DNA of 64,000 nucleotides from a virus (Duplodnaviria; Caudoviricetes): IMG/VR virus record IMGVR_UViG_3300031998_000076, positions 1,391 to 65,390 of that record; one strand, 5' to 3'. Shown piece by piece: positions 55,372 to 63,999 of this stretch (position 1 is its first letter; each line of letters starts with the position of its first letter). The notes under the pieces were generated by a model. It saw only the letters and a program-made list of their open reading frames with translations, ran no database searches and was not told where the DNA came from. The position numbers and the translations under genes were made by a program.

Positions 55372-56226
55372 TTACGCGACATTTCCGAACATCTTGATAA
55401 ACTCTCTTCTTGTGGTCTTATGGATCGCTCCGGCTCTGTGGTACTCGAAAACATCAGGAAGGAATCTGACGTCTACAACCGGCTCCTGGTAACATCTGCA
55501 GTTGAAAGTGTTTCCAGCATGATAACTCCCATAAGGCTTGACCATTCTGTTCGCGGAAACCTTGTACGGGAACAGCGCCTCAGGATTCGGCGGATCATCA
55601 TAGAAACAAACGATTCCGTTCATCCTCGCATGAGATGGCCTGGATCTTTCATCCCGTACACTTCTCCAGATGTAGCACTTGATCCCGATCGCTTCGGCCC
55701 TTGCCTGGACTATTGCTGCATTCGCTTTGGCGCTTTCCGTCCTCGCAATGCACTTCAGATTCTTGGTAATATGCTCCGGCATGATCTTCCGCAATTCTGC
55801 CTCGATCTCTTCAGGACGCTTGCCCTTGAGCATTTCCCTGTATGCGTATTGAACAATGTACTCTGCCCACTCCTGAGGCACAGTCTTGATATACGCAACA
55901 TTGCTCGCGATGATTTCATTGACCCTATCACCAACAGGGCCCTTCATTTCGCTCGCGATCAGTTTGTTCAGGAGCGCTCCATTCGTTCCCTTTGCCGCCG
56001 CCTCTCTCCAGCTTTTCGCGGATGAAACCCGGACACTCCTTACCATCCTCCCAACCAGATTGTTGAGGTAAGAGGTTACTTCATTGGACTGTAGGAACTT
56101 TCTCGCTCTCTTTGGGAGCTCGTTCTTCCCGACAAACCCGTTTCGGATGTCGTTTATCAACCCTTGAAAGAGTCGCTTCAGTCCGTTAAATAACTTCTTT
56201 TCTTCAGATCTGCTTACCGGCCCCAC
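55372..56226 (-). CDS. MuF/SPP1 gp7-like minor head protein, short form with no toxin tail
   Basis: IARTESAKAN, YIWRSVRDERSRPSHARMNG..YDDPP, HAGNTFNCRC. Confidence 0.92.
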   Translation of the reverse strand: MGPVSRSEEKKLFNGLKRLFQGLINDIRNGFVGKNELPKRARKFLQSNEVTSYLNNLVGRMVRSVRVSSAKSWREAAAKGTNGALLNKLIASEMKGPVGDRVNEIIASNVAYIKTVPQEWAEYIVQYAYREMLKGKRPEEIEAELRKIMPEHITKNLKCIARTESAKANAAIVQARAEAIGIKCYIWRSVRDERSRPSHARMNGIVCFYDDPPNPEALFPYKVSANRMVKPYGSYHAGNTFNCRCYQEPVVDVRFLPDVFEYHRAGAIHKTTRREFIKMFGNVA

Positions 56227-56465
56227 AAGATCACTCCCTCAGAAAAGCGGCTGCCGGATTCGTCACTCCCGGCATTTAAGCAATATAGAGAAAAGGAGGC
56301 AAGTATGAAGAAAGGACGGCATATGACTTTTGCACCGCGTAAAATCAGGAAACCGGCAAACCTGATGCGGCCGCCGGTTCACCACGCCGCCAGCCTTTAC
56401 CCTCTGACACGCCCGCTTACAAACGGGAGGCACGTATGCAGCAAGGCCGGGACGGTTTTGTTTGA

Positions 56466-58562
56466 TTATCCGAACACTTTTTGTACCAGGTCGTGCATAA
56501 ACCTCGGTTTCACGGCCTTCTGCCGCTTCAGAGTCTCACTCTGCACCTTGTCCTGAGGATCACTTCCCCAGTAATGCCGGTTTTGTTTGACTATCCTTCT
56601 GGCGCCTTCAAGATCTCCATTTGCCGCCAGCTTCGCGACCTGGGCTTTCACCTTGCGGATGTGTCGATTCTGCTGGGCGCTTCCTTCGATCTTCTGCCTC
56701 ATGCTCAGATTCGACCATTCCTCGCGCTCCCTGTTCGCCTTGTTCACACTTGCGGCCGTTCTCTTTGGATCTCTCGCTTCAGGAATGCCAGCGGTTGGGT
56801 TCGCGATGAACTTTGCCCTCTGTAACAACCCCGGCTTTTCATTTTCATGATGCAACGCGGATTTCTTCTGGTATCCAGGAGGCGGCCCGCTCCCAGGTCC
56901 TCCGTCTTCCGCTCCCTTCTCCCGGAACATCCGAATATACTCTTTGGCCTTTTCGATGTCACCGGACTGCGCAGCGCTCATGACCTTTTCTTTCAGATCC
57001 GCTGCATCCCTGACCTCTTCCTGTTGACCTTCTACGGCCTGTTCCGGCTCTTCCTGACCTTGGGTGAGTTCTTGTCCACCAGCTTCAGGAGGCATCTGCT
57101 CCTGCTCGCCCTGCGCTTCAGGAGGCATCATTCCGCCCTCCGGCATTCCGCCCATTGCAGCCATCGGGTCCTGCATCTCTTCGCCCTGGTCAACTTCATC
57201 ATCGGCTTTTTCAATGTCCTCATCCGTGATGTTTGTCCATGCGTTGATCGGCTTTCCGGACTCTCTGAGCTCCATGAGCGCCAGCCTCTGCGAAATCAAT
57301 CCGGCCTGGAATGCCTGGATCACCGGACTTGACGCCTGTCCCATGATTTCCGCTCTCTCGGAAGGAGTGGTGGTACCCAGCGGCTCGAACACAATTTCAA
57401 GATCCTCAGGAACCTCGCCCCAGAGAGACATCGCCATCACAGGAAGCAGTTTTTCAAGCGCCGGTTTCAGGACTCTTTCCTGAAGCTGGGAGATCATTTC
57501 GTAGTAATTCTTCATGTCGGATTCGCCTGTGGCATTCATGCCCTGAGGCGCTCTTCCGAACAACTTTGTTGCCGGGATCTCTGCCGCTCCGGCCATGTCC
57601 ATCATGAACGTCTCGTAGACTTCTGCGACACCAGCGAATGAATACGGGTGCTGTTCGTATGAGTCCTCGGTCCCCATCAGCGCAAGGCCAAAACTCGTTC
57701 TCAGACGATTCATTTCTTCGATTGTCCGATAGACCTGTTCCCTCTGCTGCTGCGTACCCATGCCCAGGACTTCGCCGTAATCGCTGATTTTCAATGCGGC
57801 CACATTCGCCTGGAAGATCAATTGTGCAATGTTCGCGCTGGAAGCATTGCGCTTTTGCAGTTCCTCATACACGTGTTCAAGAACAGAAGCGCCCCAGTAA
57901 TCCGCCGCGATTTCTTCATCAATCGGCAGCCTCTGTCCCTTGAACAACAGAAGTCTGCTGTGGTGGACTCTCAGGATTTCTCCCGATTCCTCATCGAGAT
58001 TTACATCATAATACTTCGGATATCCGAACTCGACATCATCCATGTCCTCTTCGAGCTCCAGGGAAGGGAAGATCCCCCTTGTTTTATCAACCACAATAAG
58101 TCCCCTGAAGCACCCGGGCTGGAGCATCTCATAATCCAGCGGCTGATCCAGCATATCCTCCTGGCCCTGAATTACCATTACAGCAGCGGCCCCACCATAC
58201 AGTCTTGCCCACCGGATTGCATCTGTGATTTCTTGCTGGACGCTGTGTTTCGCTTCCATCTTTGCCAGCTCATCGAGTCTCTGCTGATCGATTTCACTTG
58301 CCAGCGAATACCAGGATCTTGTCATGTCCTCAGTCGGTGTGTCAATGATCCTTGCGGCCAGCCAGTTCTCCCGGTACATAACTGTGAGCAACTCATAGTC
58401 ATATGAAACGGAGTGCCGCTCATAATCATTCGCCTTTGACAGAACAGAGGCTTCACCCAGGTGTGCCAGGCTATTGATGAATCCGTCTTTTGCAATCGTC
58501 GTTTTTTCCTGGACAACAGGTAAACTCGGCTTTGCAGGACGCTTCCTGCGCTTCCTCGACAT
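56466..58562 (-). CDS. Portal protein (DUF1073) with ~230-aa C-terminal extension
   Basis: MYRENWLAARIIDTPTEDMTR, WARLYGGA, RVHHSRLL, AAEIPATKLFGRAPQGMNATGESDMKNYY; extension carries EDGGPGSG. Confidence 0.9.
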   Translation of the reverse strand: MSRKRRKRPAKPSLPVVQEKTTIAKDGFINSLAHLGEASVLSKANDYERHSVSYDYELLTVMYRENWLAARIIDTPTEDMTRSWYSLASEIDQQRLDELAKMEAKHSVQQEITDAIRWARLYGGAAAVMVIQGQEDMLDQPLDYEMLQPGCFRGLIVVDKTRGIFPSLELEEDMDDVEFGYPKYYDVNLDEESGEILRVHHSRLLLFKGQRLPIDEEIAADYWGASVLEHVYEELQKRNASSANIAQLIFQANVAALKISDYGEVLGMGTQQQREQVYRTIEEMNRLRTSFGLALMGTEDSYEQHPYSFAGVAEVYETFMMDMAGAAEIPATKLFGRAPQGMNATGESDMKNYYEMISQLQERVLKPALEKLLPVMAMSLWGEVPEDLEIVFEPLGTTTPSERAEIMGQASSPVIQAFQAGLISQRLALMELRESGKPINAWTNITDEDIEKADDEVDQGEEMQDPMAAMGGMPEGGMMPPEAQGEQEQMPPEAGGQELTQGQEEPEQAVEGQQEEVRDAADLKEKVMSAAQSGDIEKAKEYIRMFREKGAEDGGPGSGPPPGYQKKSALHHENEKPGLLQRAKFIANPTAGIPEARDPKRTAASVNKANREREEWSNLSMRQKIEGSAQQNRHIRKVKAQVAKLAANGDLEGARRIVKQNRHYWGSDPQDKVQSETLKRQKAVKPRFMHDLVQKVFG

Positions 58563-59887
58563 TATGCCGCCTCCTCTCTGTTCCTTGCTACCCGATCCAT
58601 CCTGGATCTGTTTGTCAATGTTTTGACCAGGTACCTCATAGCGTCCATAGCGTGGTCCTTCTGTTTGACCGGCTTTTCTTCTCCGCGCTCTTTGGCTTTC
58701 TGATCCCAGACATATGTTTCGAGCTCCTGCCTCAGTTTGACACAGGTCTTGTCCGCTTTTACGGCGCCCATCTGAATCATGGAGGCCGTTGTCCTGATGC
58801 CCTCCAGGACATCATTGACCGCGTTTTTCACCCGATATCCTCTGTTCCTGAGCTCCAGCTTAAAGTCCTCGGCAGACGGGTCGACTATGATTTGCACGTT
58901 TCTGTCTCCATCCAGGAACTCATCCAGATCATCCGCGTGCTGCGATGTCGTTTTCTGCTGCTGGTCTGCCGTTGAATCTTGATAATACTCTTTCGTGATC
59001 CAGAACGTATCTCCATCGTCATAACAATCCAGGAAAACAGTCGGGTTTGTCGTGCCATAGTCGACCGCCACATAATGATTGCAGTAATTCTCGAACCACG
59101 GATGCTCTGTTTCTTTGTCGAATCCGTTTCTTTCTTCCTTCCAGCAATCGAATATCACGCCCTCTGCGGCGCACCACTTGCCCAAGATGTACCTCTGGTA
59201 GAACACTCCAATGTACATCCTGCGATATCTTTCCTTGATCCTCTCCGTAAGAGACAGGTTGTCCTCCATCGTGAAATGCAGATACAACAGCCTTTTTTCA
59301 AGATACTTGTTGACCCAATTGATCTTGAACCAATGAAGTCTGCCCTCAGGGTTGCAGTTGAACCAATACTTTGATCCTTCCACGGAGCAACGGCCTGTTG
59401 CCTGGTTCACAAAAGACTCCGGCATCAGGGCTACTTCATCGAATAAAACCCCGGCCAGCGTCATGCCCTGGATAAGATCCTGGGAAGATTCATCCCGGCC
59501 TCCGAAATAATAGAAGTAATTCTCCACTCCATTGCCGGATATGATTATCAATTTCTCGGATCTCTTCTCGGTGACCTCATACCCTCTGCTGACAGCAATC
59601 CTTTTGAAGTCCCTCAGGACATTTCTCCTGAGTGATCCGATTGTTTTGCCGCATAAGGCGAATGTCTCACCGTCAAAACAATTCATCGCCCACAGCATGA
59701 ACGAGGTTTCCATTGATACGGTCTTGCCGGATCTGATCGCGCCATCCGCTATGATCCCGTCATAATCCTCGAACGGAGATCCCGGAACCCACCACGTCAG
59801 GACTTTCTTCTGCTTCCGGCTGAACGGCTGGAACTTGAAAACATCACTCGGAGTCTTCGATTGTGTCGGGAGTGTCACCACCATCAT
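58562..59887 (-). CDS. terL: Terminase large subunit (PBSX-like)
   Basis: DGAIRSGKT, VLFDEVALM, WFNCNP, VAVDYGTTNP, DHAMDAMRY. Confidence 0.95.
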   Translation of the reverse strand: MMVVTLPTQSKTPSDVFKFQPFSRKQKKVLTWWVPGSPFEDYDGIIADGAIRSGKTVSMETSFMLWAMNCFDGETFALCGKTIGSLRRNVLRDFKRIAVSRGYEVTEKRSEKLIIISGNGVENYFYYFGGRDESSQDLIQGMTLAGVLFDEVALMPESFVNQATGRCSVEGSKYWFNCNPEGRLHWFKINWVNKYLEKRLLYLHFTMEDNLSLTERIKERYRRMYIGVFYQRYILGKWCAAEGVIFDCWKEERNGFDKETEHPWFENYCNHYVAVDYGTTNPTVFLDCYDDGDTFWITKEYYQDSTADQQQKTTSQHADDLDEFLDGDRNVQIIVDPSAEDFKLELRNRGYRVKNAVNDVLEGIRTTASMIQMGAVKADKTCVKLRQELETYVWDQKAKERGEEKPVKQKDHAMDAMRYLVKTLTNRSRMDRVARNREEAA

Positions 59888-60320
59888 CGAACACCTCCCT
59901 GGCCGTTCCCATCATTGCATCCATAAATCCGTCGCTTCCGCGTATTGCGGCTATTGCGGCCTTCTGCGCTTTCAGCTTCTCTTTTTCAAGAACCATCTTT
60001 GGATCTTCACCCAGCATCTCATGGTAGTATTTGACCGCTCCGACATCACCCTTCTGTGCCTTTTGGATCATCGCCACCATCGTGAGTTTCTCCATCGTGT
60101 AAGATCCATCATCAGGATCTCCGCCGATCTCCATGATCCTCTTGGCCATCGCTGTTGAGATGACAGGACGCATTGCGAGGATTTCTTTCAGATATGCCCT
60201 GGACGCGTTCTTCTTGCGTTTTGCGATGCCGGAAGCAATGCCGCCTTTTTTTCCATTCTTCGCGGCTTCTTCACGGTTTTGATCGGATGTAAAGGGCTTA
60301 AGATTTTGCTCATTCGCCAT
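59844..60320 (-). CDS. terS: Terminase small subunit
   Basis: MANEQNLKPF...EEAAKNGKKGGIASG; AQKGDVGAV; upstream of terL. Confidence 0.8.
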   Translation of the reverse strand: MANEQNLKPFTSDQNREEAAKNGKKGGIASGIAKRKKNASRAYLKEILAMRPVISTAMAKRIMEIGGDPDDGSYTMEKLTMVAMIQKAQKGDVGAVKYYHEMLGEDPKMVLEKEKLKAQKAAIAAIRGSDGFMDAMMGTAREVFDDGGDTPDTIEDSE

Positions 60321-61359
60321 CCTGCATCACCGGCCTTAATAACTGTCGGGCAACCTCATGCGCTATCCTTGCCATCATCACAGGAGGAACACTCATTCCA
60401 CACACATACTGCGGAGACTGATCCAGGAAATCATAGTCCTGGGGGAATGTCTGAACATTGATAAAGTCCTGAGGCCCGAGCCTCTTCTTATCGAATGCCC
60501 GGTAATAACTTCCTCCGCTTGCGATGGTTCCGCAGACTCTGTTGTCCTGCCAGATGTACTGATTGAAGCAGGATCTCTTTCCAAGGACCCTCTCATTGAT
60601 GTCCGAGATTGCTCTGTCTTTATCCGACAGATTTTCCAGGAGCATCTTTGTTACGCATCCGTCTTTCAGCTCGATTCCATGCTCTGTTCTGACTTCTCCG
60701 AATAAGATCGGTTTCTCATGGAATCCGAGTTTGATCTTGGGGAGATTCAGATCCTTTCTCCTGGCAATGAAAAAGACGCGTTCCCGCGCCTGTGGTACAC
60801 CCATAAATGCCGCATTCAGGAGGAAGAGCTGCGGATCATATCCAGCTTCCCGGAATGCCTTGAAGATCTCATTCACATATCCTTTGGCGTTTCCGAGAAC
60901 AAGTCCTTTGACGTTCTCTGCGATTACTACCTTCGGCCGGAGTTTGTCCACAATCTTGATGAACTCAAAGAACAGATCATCCAGCCTCTGCGCTTTCTGT
61001 CCCTCGCGGAACTTCTTCTCCTTCCCCCAGGCTTCTTCACGTTCACCAGCCTGAGAGAACACACTGCAAGGAGGAGATCCGTCCAGGACATCCAGGGTAA
61101 ACAGCTCAGGAGGAAGATTTTCATTCGGGATCTGCCGGAACTCGCGAACATCCATCAGATAATTGTGCTTCGGATGGAGATTCGCGACATACAATTTGTT
61201 CATGGCCTGATCGATTTCGCAGTTACCGATTACATTGTACCCGGCGAGTTTGTATCCCATCGAAGATCCGCCGCCGCAGGAGAAACATGAAAATACATTG
61301 AGGCCGTTCTTCTCTACGGAATCAAGATCTCTGAGATACCACTTCCAGTTAAGATTCAC
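60310..61359 (-). CDS. C5-cytosine DNA methyltransferase (probable GTG start)
   Basis: VFSCFSCGGG (motif I variant), DGSPPCSVFS, IAENVKGL, QARERVFFIA, GMSVPP. Confidence 0.9.
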   Translation of the reverse strand: MNLNWKWYLRDLDSVEKNGLNVFSCFSCGGGSSMGYKLAGYNVIGNCEIDQAMNKLYVANLHPKHNYLMDVREFRQIPNENLPPELFTLDVLDGSPPCSVFSQAGEREEAWGKEKKFREGQKAQRLDDLFFEFIKIVDKLRPKVVIAENVKGLVLGNAKGYVNEIFKAFREAGYDPQLFLLNAAFMGVPQARERVFFIARRKDLNLPKIKLGFHEKPILFGEVRTEHGIELKDGCVTKMLLENLSDKDRAISDINERVLGKRSCFNQYIWQDNRVCGTIASGGSYYRAFDKKRLGPQDFINVQTFPQDYDFLDQSPQYVCGMSVPPVMMARIAHEVARQLLRPVMQDGE

Positions 61360-61834
61360 TAAAATGGAATCCGCATTCAGGACACTCATACTCGAAGGCC
61401 TCATCCTCGAAATCATCGGCATTGAACTCCATGCCTGTGTCCTTGATGTCGTAAACATCAGGAATGTCCATCGGCTCAAATCCAAATTGGATCATGTCGA
61501 TTTCATCGCCGATGTCATCCAGATACTCTCCGAGCAGCGGCATATCCCATACCGCCATCTCTGCCACCCTGTTGTCTACCAGCCGATATGCCTTGACCTG
61601 ATCTTCTGTCAGATCATACGCTTTGATCGTCGGCACTTCTTTCATGCCGATCTTTCTTGCAGCCAGGAGTCGTGTATGCCCGGCAACAATCACATCGTCT
61701 TTATCAATGATAATCGGCACCAGGAAACCGAACATTTGAATTGATGCCGCAACCTTGTCCACCGCATCCCGGTTGTCCCTCGGATTCCGTGAATAGGGAA
61801 CGAGCTCAGATACTTTCCGGTATTCGATTTTCAT
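61349..61834 (-). CDS. ParB-like N-terminal domain protein with C-terminal CPxCG
   Basis: LVPYSRNPR, GFLVPIII, IVAGHTRLLAA, YRLVDNRVAE; YECPECGF. Confidence 0.85.
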   Translation of the reverse strand: MKIEYRKVSELVPYSRNPRDNRDAVDKVAASIQMFGFLVPIIIDKDDVIVAGHTRLLAARKIGMKEVPTIKAYDLTEDQVKAYRLVDNRVAEMAVWDMPLLGEYLDDIGDEIDMIQFGFEPMDIPDVYDIKDTGMEFNADDFEDEAFEYECPECGFHFSES

Positions 61835-62337
61835 TCTTCATCGCCCTCCTCGAAATCTGCTGAAGAGTAATGAATGGCCATCTTGCGCGGGATCTTCTGC
61901 CCGCACCTCGGACAGGTGACCCATTGCTCGTCTTTTTTCTTGCTCTCCTTCTTCTCCGGCTTCAGATTGAACCCGAATACGGTCATGTCCATCACGCCAA
62001 TCAATTCATCCAGCTCTGTAAACAGCAGCCCTTTGTCCCATCCGGCATACTCACCGGTTTTGTTGTCCGCCAGCTGAAACGCTTTTAACTGCTTCTCCGT
62101 GAGCTGATCCGCAACAACACAAGGGATGGATTTCATCCCCAATTCGAGTGCCGCCTTGTATCTGGTATGACCAGCTACGATTTTTCCTTCCTTGCTAATG
62201 ACAATCGGCGTCTTGAATCCGAATGCGGCAATCGACTCCTTAACACCAGGAACTGCGGCATCATTCTTTCTCGGATTGGTTGGATCTGGCTTCAGATCTT
62301 CGACATTCCACTCTTCTACGGTGATCCTGTCCTGCAT
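61831..62337 (-). CDS. ParB-like N-terminal domain protein with C-terminal CPxCG
   Basis: LKPDPTNPRKND, FGFKTPIVI, IVAGHTRYKAA, FQLADNKTGE; VTCPRCGQ. Confidence 0.85.
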   Translation of the reverse strand: MQDRITVEEWNVEDLKPDPTNPRKNDAAVPGVKESIAAFGFKTPIVISKEGKIVAGHTRYKAALELGMKSIPCVVADQLTEKQLKAFQLADNKTGEYAGWDKGLLFTELDELIGVMDMTVFGFNLKPEKKESKKKDEQWVTCPRCGQKIPRKMAIHYSSADFEEGDEE

Positions 62338-62399
62338 ATGTCCTCCTTATTACAAAATCCGCCAGGATTGGTTGTCCTGCCGGATGCGATACAGAAGAA

Positions 62400-62422
62400 A
62401 GAACCACCGTCTTGGTGGTTCT
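62400..62422 (-). terminator. Terminator-like hairpin in the late-operon leader
   Basis: AGAACCACC-N5-GGTGGTTCT followed by TTTCTTCT on the minus strand. Confidence 0.55.
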
Positions 62423-62451
62423 GTTGTCTCTTTACATTTTTCCTTGATTGT

Positions 62452-62480
62452 ATCATACTACCGTATAAAACGCCTGTCAA
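62452..62480 (-). promoter_or_regulatory. Probable late/packaging promoter
   Basis: TTGACA, 17 bp, TATGAT; upstream imperfect direct repeat TGGCAC/TGACCAC. Confidence 0.7.
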
Positions 62481-62648
62481 GTGGTCATTTTCGTGCCATA
62501 ATGAAAATCTTCGGATGGGGGATCTCTGTCCACCCTTAATCCGAGAGATTATACCTTCGGATGAATCCTGTTCCGGCAAGTCCTCGGAAGTGCAGCAACC
62601 ATGCCTCTCCAGTTCTTGATGTTGCTCTCCTTCTAATGGATCTCGCGG

Positions 62649-62924
62649 TTAATTCCCTTTGCTACGCTTCTCGCCAGCCACCTCGGGCTTACTGTCCCGT
62701 TCAGTCTGCTTTCCCTCTGCGTCCTGCGGATCATTCGCTTCTTTTCCTGCGTCATTTTCATTCACCCCCTTTATCCCGATAAATCCGAACAGGAACTCCC
62801 TGAAGCAACCAGGACAAAGATCCAGCTTGCTCTCCTGTCCATGACTTGCACAATAGATCTCGATCTCGTTTCCTCCCTGGATGATCTGTCCGCACCTGTC
62901 ACACGCCACCATGACTCTTTTCAC
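62649..62924 (-). CDS. Zinc-finger-like hypothetical protein
   Basis: CDRCG...DLCPGC. Confidence 0.65.
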   Translation of the reverse strand: MKRVMVACDRCGQIIQGGNEIEIYCASHGQESKLDLCPGCFREFLFGFIGIKGVNENDAGKEANDPQDAEGKQTERDSKPEVAGEKRSKGN

Positions 62925-63123
62925 GTCCTCTCACCACCTTTACTATAATCTCGATTATTTTAAATGCTACCAGAATCCATGCCGGCGCCAGCACCCATAC
63001 CCAGGACCATTCGATCACGCCACACAACTTCAACGTAATGAAAATAAGCTGAAGCGCCTCATTGAACGTTAATCCTCTATACTCGATCTTTTCGCTTTTT
63101 CTTTCATGACCGCTTTGTTCCAT
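62899..63123 (-). CDS. Small phage membrane protein
   Basis: LIFITLKLCGVIEWSWVWVLAPAW conserved phage motif; start uncertain. Confidence 0.65.
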   Translation of the reverse strand: MEQSGHERKSEKIEYRGLTFNEALQLIFITLKLCGVIEWSWVWVLAPAWILVAFKIIEIIVKVVRGREKSHGGV

Positions 63124-63431
63124 CCTTCTACTGCCTCCGCCAATGTTCTTCCTCTTTCTCCGATGAATCCACATCTGCTGCACTTGAACTCAATAAACCC
63201 ATGCCCGGACCATTCTTCTCTTCTCTGGCTCCCGCATAAACACGGCAATTTCGCGAGGCTCTTTCTTGGAGGATCTATAAGATTCAAGGCATCTTCCACC
63301 AGGAAGCTGATGCAGCTCCGGTCTTCCATCCCTCCATTGGCGCCAGCAATATCACTATAAATGCACCCGTCCCCACAGCACCCGCTCTTGCAAATCCTCA
63401 AGGCATTGATAATCTCACTTCTTTTGCTCAC
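63069..63431 (-). CDS. Protein with C-terminal Lar-like (restriction alleviation) zinc domain
   Basis: LPCLCGS...KCSRCG...AEAVEGWN. Confidence 0.6.
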   Translation of the reverse strand: MSKRSEIINALRICKSGCCGDGCIYSDIAGANGGMEDRSCISFLVEDALNLIDPPRKSLAKLPCLCGSQRREEWSGHGFIEFKCSRCGFIGERGRTLAEAVEGWNKAVMKEKAKRSSIED

Positions 63432-63682
63432 CCTTTACCTCCGTCTTTGTTCCAAATCCACACAGCAAGCCTGATTGTCGGCATATTCCGTCCGCACCAA
63501 TGGCAGTTCTCACATTCCAGATAGAACCTCTTCCATCTATGCAAAAGACGGTCATTCAGTCCTACTATGCGTGAATTGCAATCAGGACATTTGTTCGCCT
63601 TTGACTTGAGTTTCTTCCACTTCTTATCAACTCTTTCATGACGTTCCCGGAGTTCTTTGTCAAGTTCATCTGCCAACGTCAT
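63428..63682 (-). CDS. Lar-like zinc-binding protein
   Basis: CPDCNS...LECENCHW...LAVWIWN. Confidence 0.55.
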   Translation of the reverse strand: MTLADELDKELRERHERVDKKWKKLKSKANKCPDCNSRIVGLNDRLLHRWKRFYLECENCHWCGRNMPTIRLAVWIWNKDGGKG

Positions 63683-63999
63683 CTGAACACCACCTCTCCA
63701 TCTCTGAAGAATTGCTCGTTCTTTGAACCGCAATGCGGACAGTATCTTGATAGTTTGTCCTTTGGTTTTGTTACACGGTCAAATATCTTCATGTGGCATT
63801 CAGAGCAATAAATCCCTTCATTTGCACACATATCCAGAATCACCCAATGTCCTTCTTTTTCATGCTTTGGTACAACGTGCATCATGGTGTCGATGGACAG
63901 AACACAATATCCTTCTGCCAATCCGTATTCGTCTATGCCGTGATAGATATACCGCACAACCGCATCAAGTTCTTCGCCCGTATATTGTTTCCCGTCCCA
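63679..63999 (-). CDS. Zinc-ribbon protein, 5'-truncated by the window edge
   Basis: Frame open to the edge (WDGKQYTGEELDAVVRY...); GHW....YCSECH...YCPHCG. Confidence 0.65.
   Translation of the reverse strand, partial: WDGKQYTGEELDAVVRYIYHGIDEYGLAEGYCVLSIDTMMHVVPKHEKEGHWVILDMCANEGIYCSECHMKIFDRVTKPKDKLSRYCPHCGSKNEQFFRDGEVVFR

Noticed and set aside
55372-56226. MuF as a toxin-fused long MuF
   Set aside because: The protein ends about 40 aa after NCRC with no toxin domain; the toxins are in separate genes.
61360-61485. 42-aa N-terminal extension of the C5-MTase given by the ORF track
   Set aside because: It lies inside the ParB-like gene; a GTG at 61359 overlapping the ParB 3' end is the more plausible start.
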